Source: an uncultured Clostridia bacterium (lineage in GTDB: Bacteria; Bacillota; Clostridia; Oscillospirales; Ruminococcaceae). From it: a stretch of DNA of 60,766 nucleotides. A model generated the notes under the pieces. That model saw nothing but the letters and a program-made list of their open reading frames with translations, was not told where the DNA came from and searched no databases. Made by a program: the position numbers and the translations under genes. Shown here in pieces: positions 59,222 to 60,766 of this stretch (position 1 is its first letter; every line of letters starts with the position of its first letter). The stretch is from assembly GCA_947649285.1 (NCBI GenBank), contig CANSRB010000001.1, positions 1 through 60,766 of the forward strand, read 5' to 3'.

Positions 59222-59947
59222 ATGAATAAAATAAATACAAAAGGACTTATATGGAGAGTATTTATCCCTACAGCAGCTTTGAGCTTGAGCTATTTGATAT
59301 TGGGGCATTTTTGCAGTATACCGCATATTCTATTATTTTGCATTTTAGGGACATTTATTTTAATGCCGATAGAGCTCGGGATGATTCTGAAAGCAAGCAA
59401 ACGTGAATACGGGAAGTACTCCCTTCAAAGCGCGTTTGCCGGACAAGAAAAGTGCTCCATTTGGAAAGTGCTGATGATTGCGTTTGTGCTTTTCGGAATG
59501 GCAGGTCTGCTGTCCGCTTTTATCGCGCCGATTGAAAATCAAGTTTTTGCAGGGATCAGAAGCGATCTGCTTCAGCATTTGCCAAGCGGCTTTGATTGGA
59601 CAAATTACGAGTATCTGAAAACTTTTTCAAAGCCAATGCTGGTTTTGACCTGCGTCTATTATGGGATTTTCAATGTGTTCATTGGGCCGGTAACAGAGGA
59701 ATTGTTTTTCAGAGGATATTTAACCTCGCATTATGAAAAGCAAGGTCCGATTACCCCCATCCTAATTGCCGTTTTGTTTTCGCTCTATCACTTTTGGCTT
59801 CCCTTTAACAACCTATTCCGCATATTGGTATTTGCGCCGGCTGCGTATGCAGCGTATAAAAAAAGGGACTTATACATCAGCCTGTGTTTTCATTGCCTGT
59901 GCAATCTCTTTTCAACATTAAGTTTTATATGGGCGGTATTCGCATAA
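59222..59947 (+). CDS. CPBP (CAAX/Abi) intramembrane metalloprotease
   Basis: EELFFRG, FSLYH, HCLCN; AT-rich. Confidence 0.85.
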   Translation: MNKINTKGLIWRVFIPTAALSLSYLILGHFCSIPHILLFCILGTFILMPIELGMILKASKREYGKYSLQSAFAGQEKCSIWKVLMIAFVLFGMAGLLSAFIAPIENQVFAGIRSDLLQHLPSGFDWTNYEYLKTFSKPMLVLTCVYYGIFNVFIGPVTEELFFRGYLTSHYEKQGPITPILIAVLFSLYHFWLPFNNLFRILVFAPAAYAAYKKRDLYISLCFHCLCNLFSTLSFIWAVFA

Positions 59948-59959
59948 ATCGGGATTTAT
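59944..59959. repeat. 16-bp cassette-boundary site containing both convergent stop codons
   Basis: ATAAATCGGGATTTAT; TAA at 59945-47 (+) and TAA at 59956-58 (-). Confidence 0.7.
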
Positions 59960-60735
59960 TTTAGCAATAATATCCTCTCGTATGCTAATGCCACAAATTC
60001 ATTTGCCGATAAGCCCTTATACAATGAACTTGTTTTATGATTGCGGTTAAAATCTACCTTCAAAGTCAGATATCTAATGTCGTTGCATTTTTTTAGCTTC
60101 TGTTTTATTATATCCCACTTTATGTTACCATCATAAGGGAGTAGATGTGTATCATCATCTCCGCAATTATCATCCAAGTGTACCGCAAATAATTTACTAC
60201 CATATCGTGATAAACAATCAGCATCTCGATGATTAAAGTATTCGTGTCCACTGTCATAGCAAAAACCTAAATACTCTGATTTTATATTTTCATAAATATA
60301 ATCAAGGTGCTGTATACTATCCAGATTTTCAAGAGCCAAGTTTATCTTCTTTTTTTCAGAAAAATCTACCAATCTTTTCATTCGCTCTAAACCAATTTGT
60401 GCAACCTTGGGTTTCGAGGATAATCGCGTAATATGCATAACGACTGTGGGGATATTGTAATGTTCACAATCGCTAATACACGATGCGATTGTACGAAGAT
60501 AATCGTCACCATTCAATCCATCTATCCATAAATCATTAGGATTATTGCATGGTGCATGAATATAGTCAATATCAAGCCCCAATTTTCTTGCCATCTCAGG
60601 TTGACTATTTTTATCCTGCAATTCATCCCCCCACCAAAGAGATACCGCATCAAATCCTGAACTCCTTATCATTTGCAATCGTTGCTGTATGGGTAATTGA
60701 TAGCTGAACCATGAAAACATTCCAAAACCAGACAT
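59956..60735 (-). CDS. Sugar phosphate isomerase/epimerase-family TIM barrel (AT-rich)
   Basis: ALEN, CYDSGH, VHLDDN, HLLPYDG. Confidence 0.85.
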   Translation of the reverse strand: MSGFGMFSWFSYQLPIQQRLQMIRSSGFDAVSLWWGDELQDKNSQPEMARKLGLDIDYIHAPCNNPNDLWIDGLNGDDYLRTIASCISDCEHYNIPTVVMHITRLSSKPKVAQIGLERMKRLVDFSEKKKINLALENLDSIQHLDYIYENIKSEYLGFCYDSGHEYFNHRDADCLSRYGSKLFAVHLDDNCGDDDTHLLPYDGNIKWDIIKQKLKKCNDIRYLTLKVDFNRNHKTSSLYKGLSANEFVALAYERILLLK

Positions 60736-60743
60736 ATTCCTCC

Positions 60744-60759
60744 ATAAATCCCGATTTGT
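60744..60759 (-). repeat. 16-bp cassette-boundary site directly before the RBS
   Basis: Minus strand ACAAATCGGGATTTAT-GGAGG-AAT-ATG. Confidence 0.7.
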
Positions 60760-60766
60760 TGAGCCG

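Noticed and set aside
1-60766. CRISPR array, rRNA, transposase or phage genes
   Set aside because: No regularly spaced direct repeats or recognisable motifs found

Overview
Chromosomal window from a motile, probably spore-forming Clostridia (inferred Oscillospiraceae/Ruminococcaceae-like gut Firmicute). 1-14.9 kb is a late flagellar cluster: flagellin 3' part, flgM-flgN-flgK-flgL-DUF6470-fliW-csrA, fliD-fliS and flgB-flgC. It also holds an unannotated type I toxin-antitoxin locus and a divergent orphan ParA + ComFB pair. A 1.55-kaa cadherin-like surface protein ending in NPQTG follows, next to a class B sortase and a frameshifted methyltransferase. 22.3-31.1 kb is the most unusual gene cluster: a ROK regulator plus two NCS2-type permeases, a divergent methenyl-H4MPT cyclohydrolase (Mch) homologue, a RibD-C/DHFR-like reductase, an SDR and two flavodoxin-fold proteins, with two matching operator palindromes. 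The rest is copA-csoR-copZ, a GH127, housekeeping genes (ylxM-ffh-rpsP-khpA-rimM-trmD, trmB), four tRNAs, an orphan MazF and PduL. Two non-coding patterns are missed by the ORF track. (i) A family of 182-192 bp TA-ended elements with a conserved, covarying two-domain fold (3 copies, plus a related ~110 bp family). (ii) A 16-bp quasi-palindrome (AYAAAT-CGGG-ATTT) that tightly bounds AT-rich single-gene cassettes; one copy lies downstream of a strong promoter and an oriT-like inverted repeat, reminiscent of an integron-like cassette system. All family assignments are from motif recognition by eye; no searches were run.
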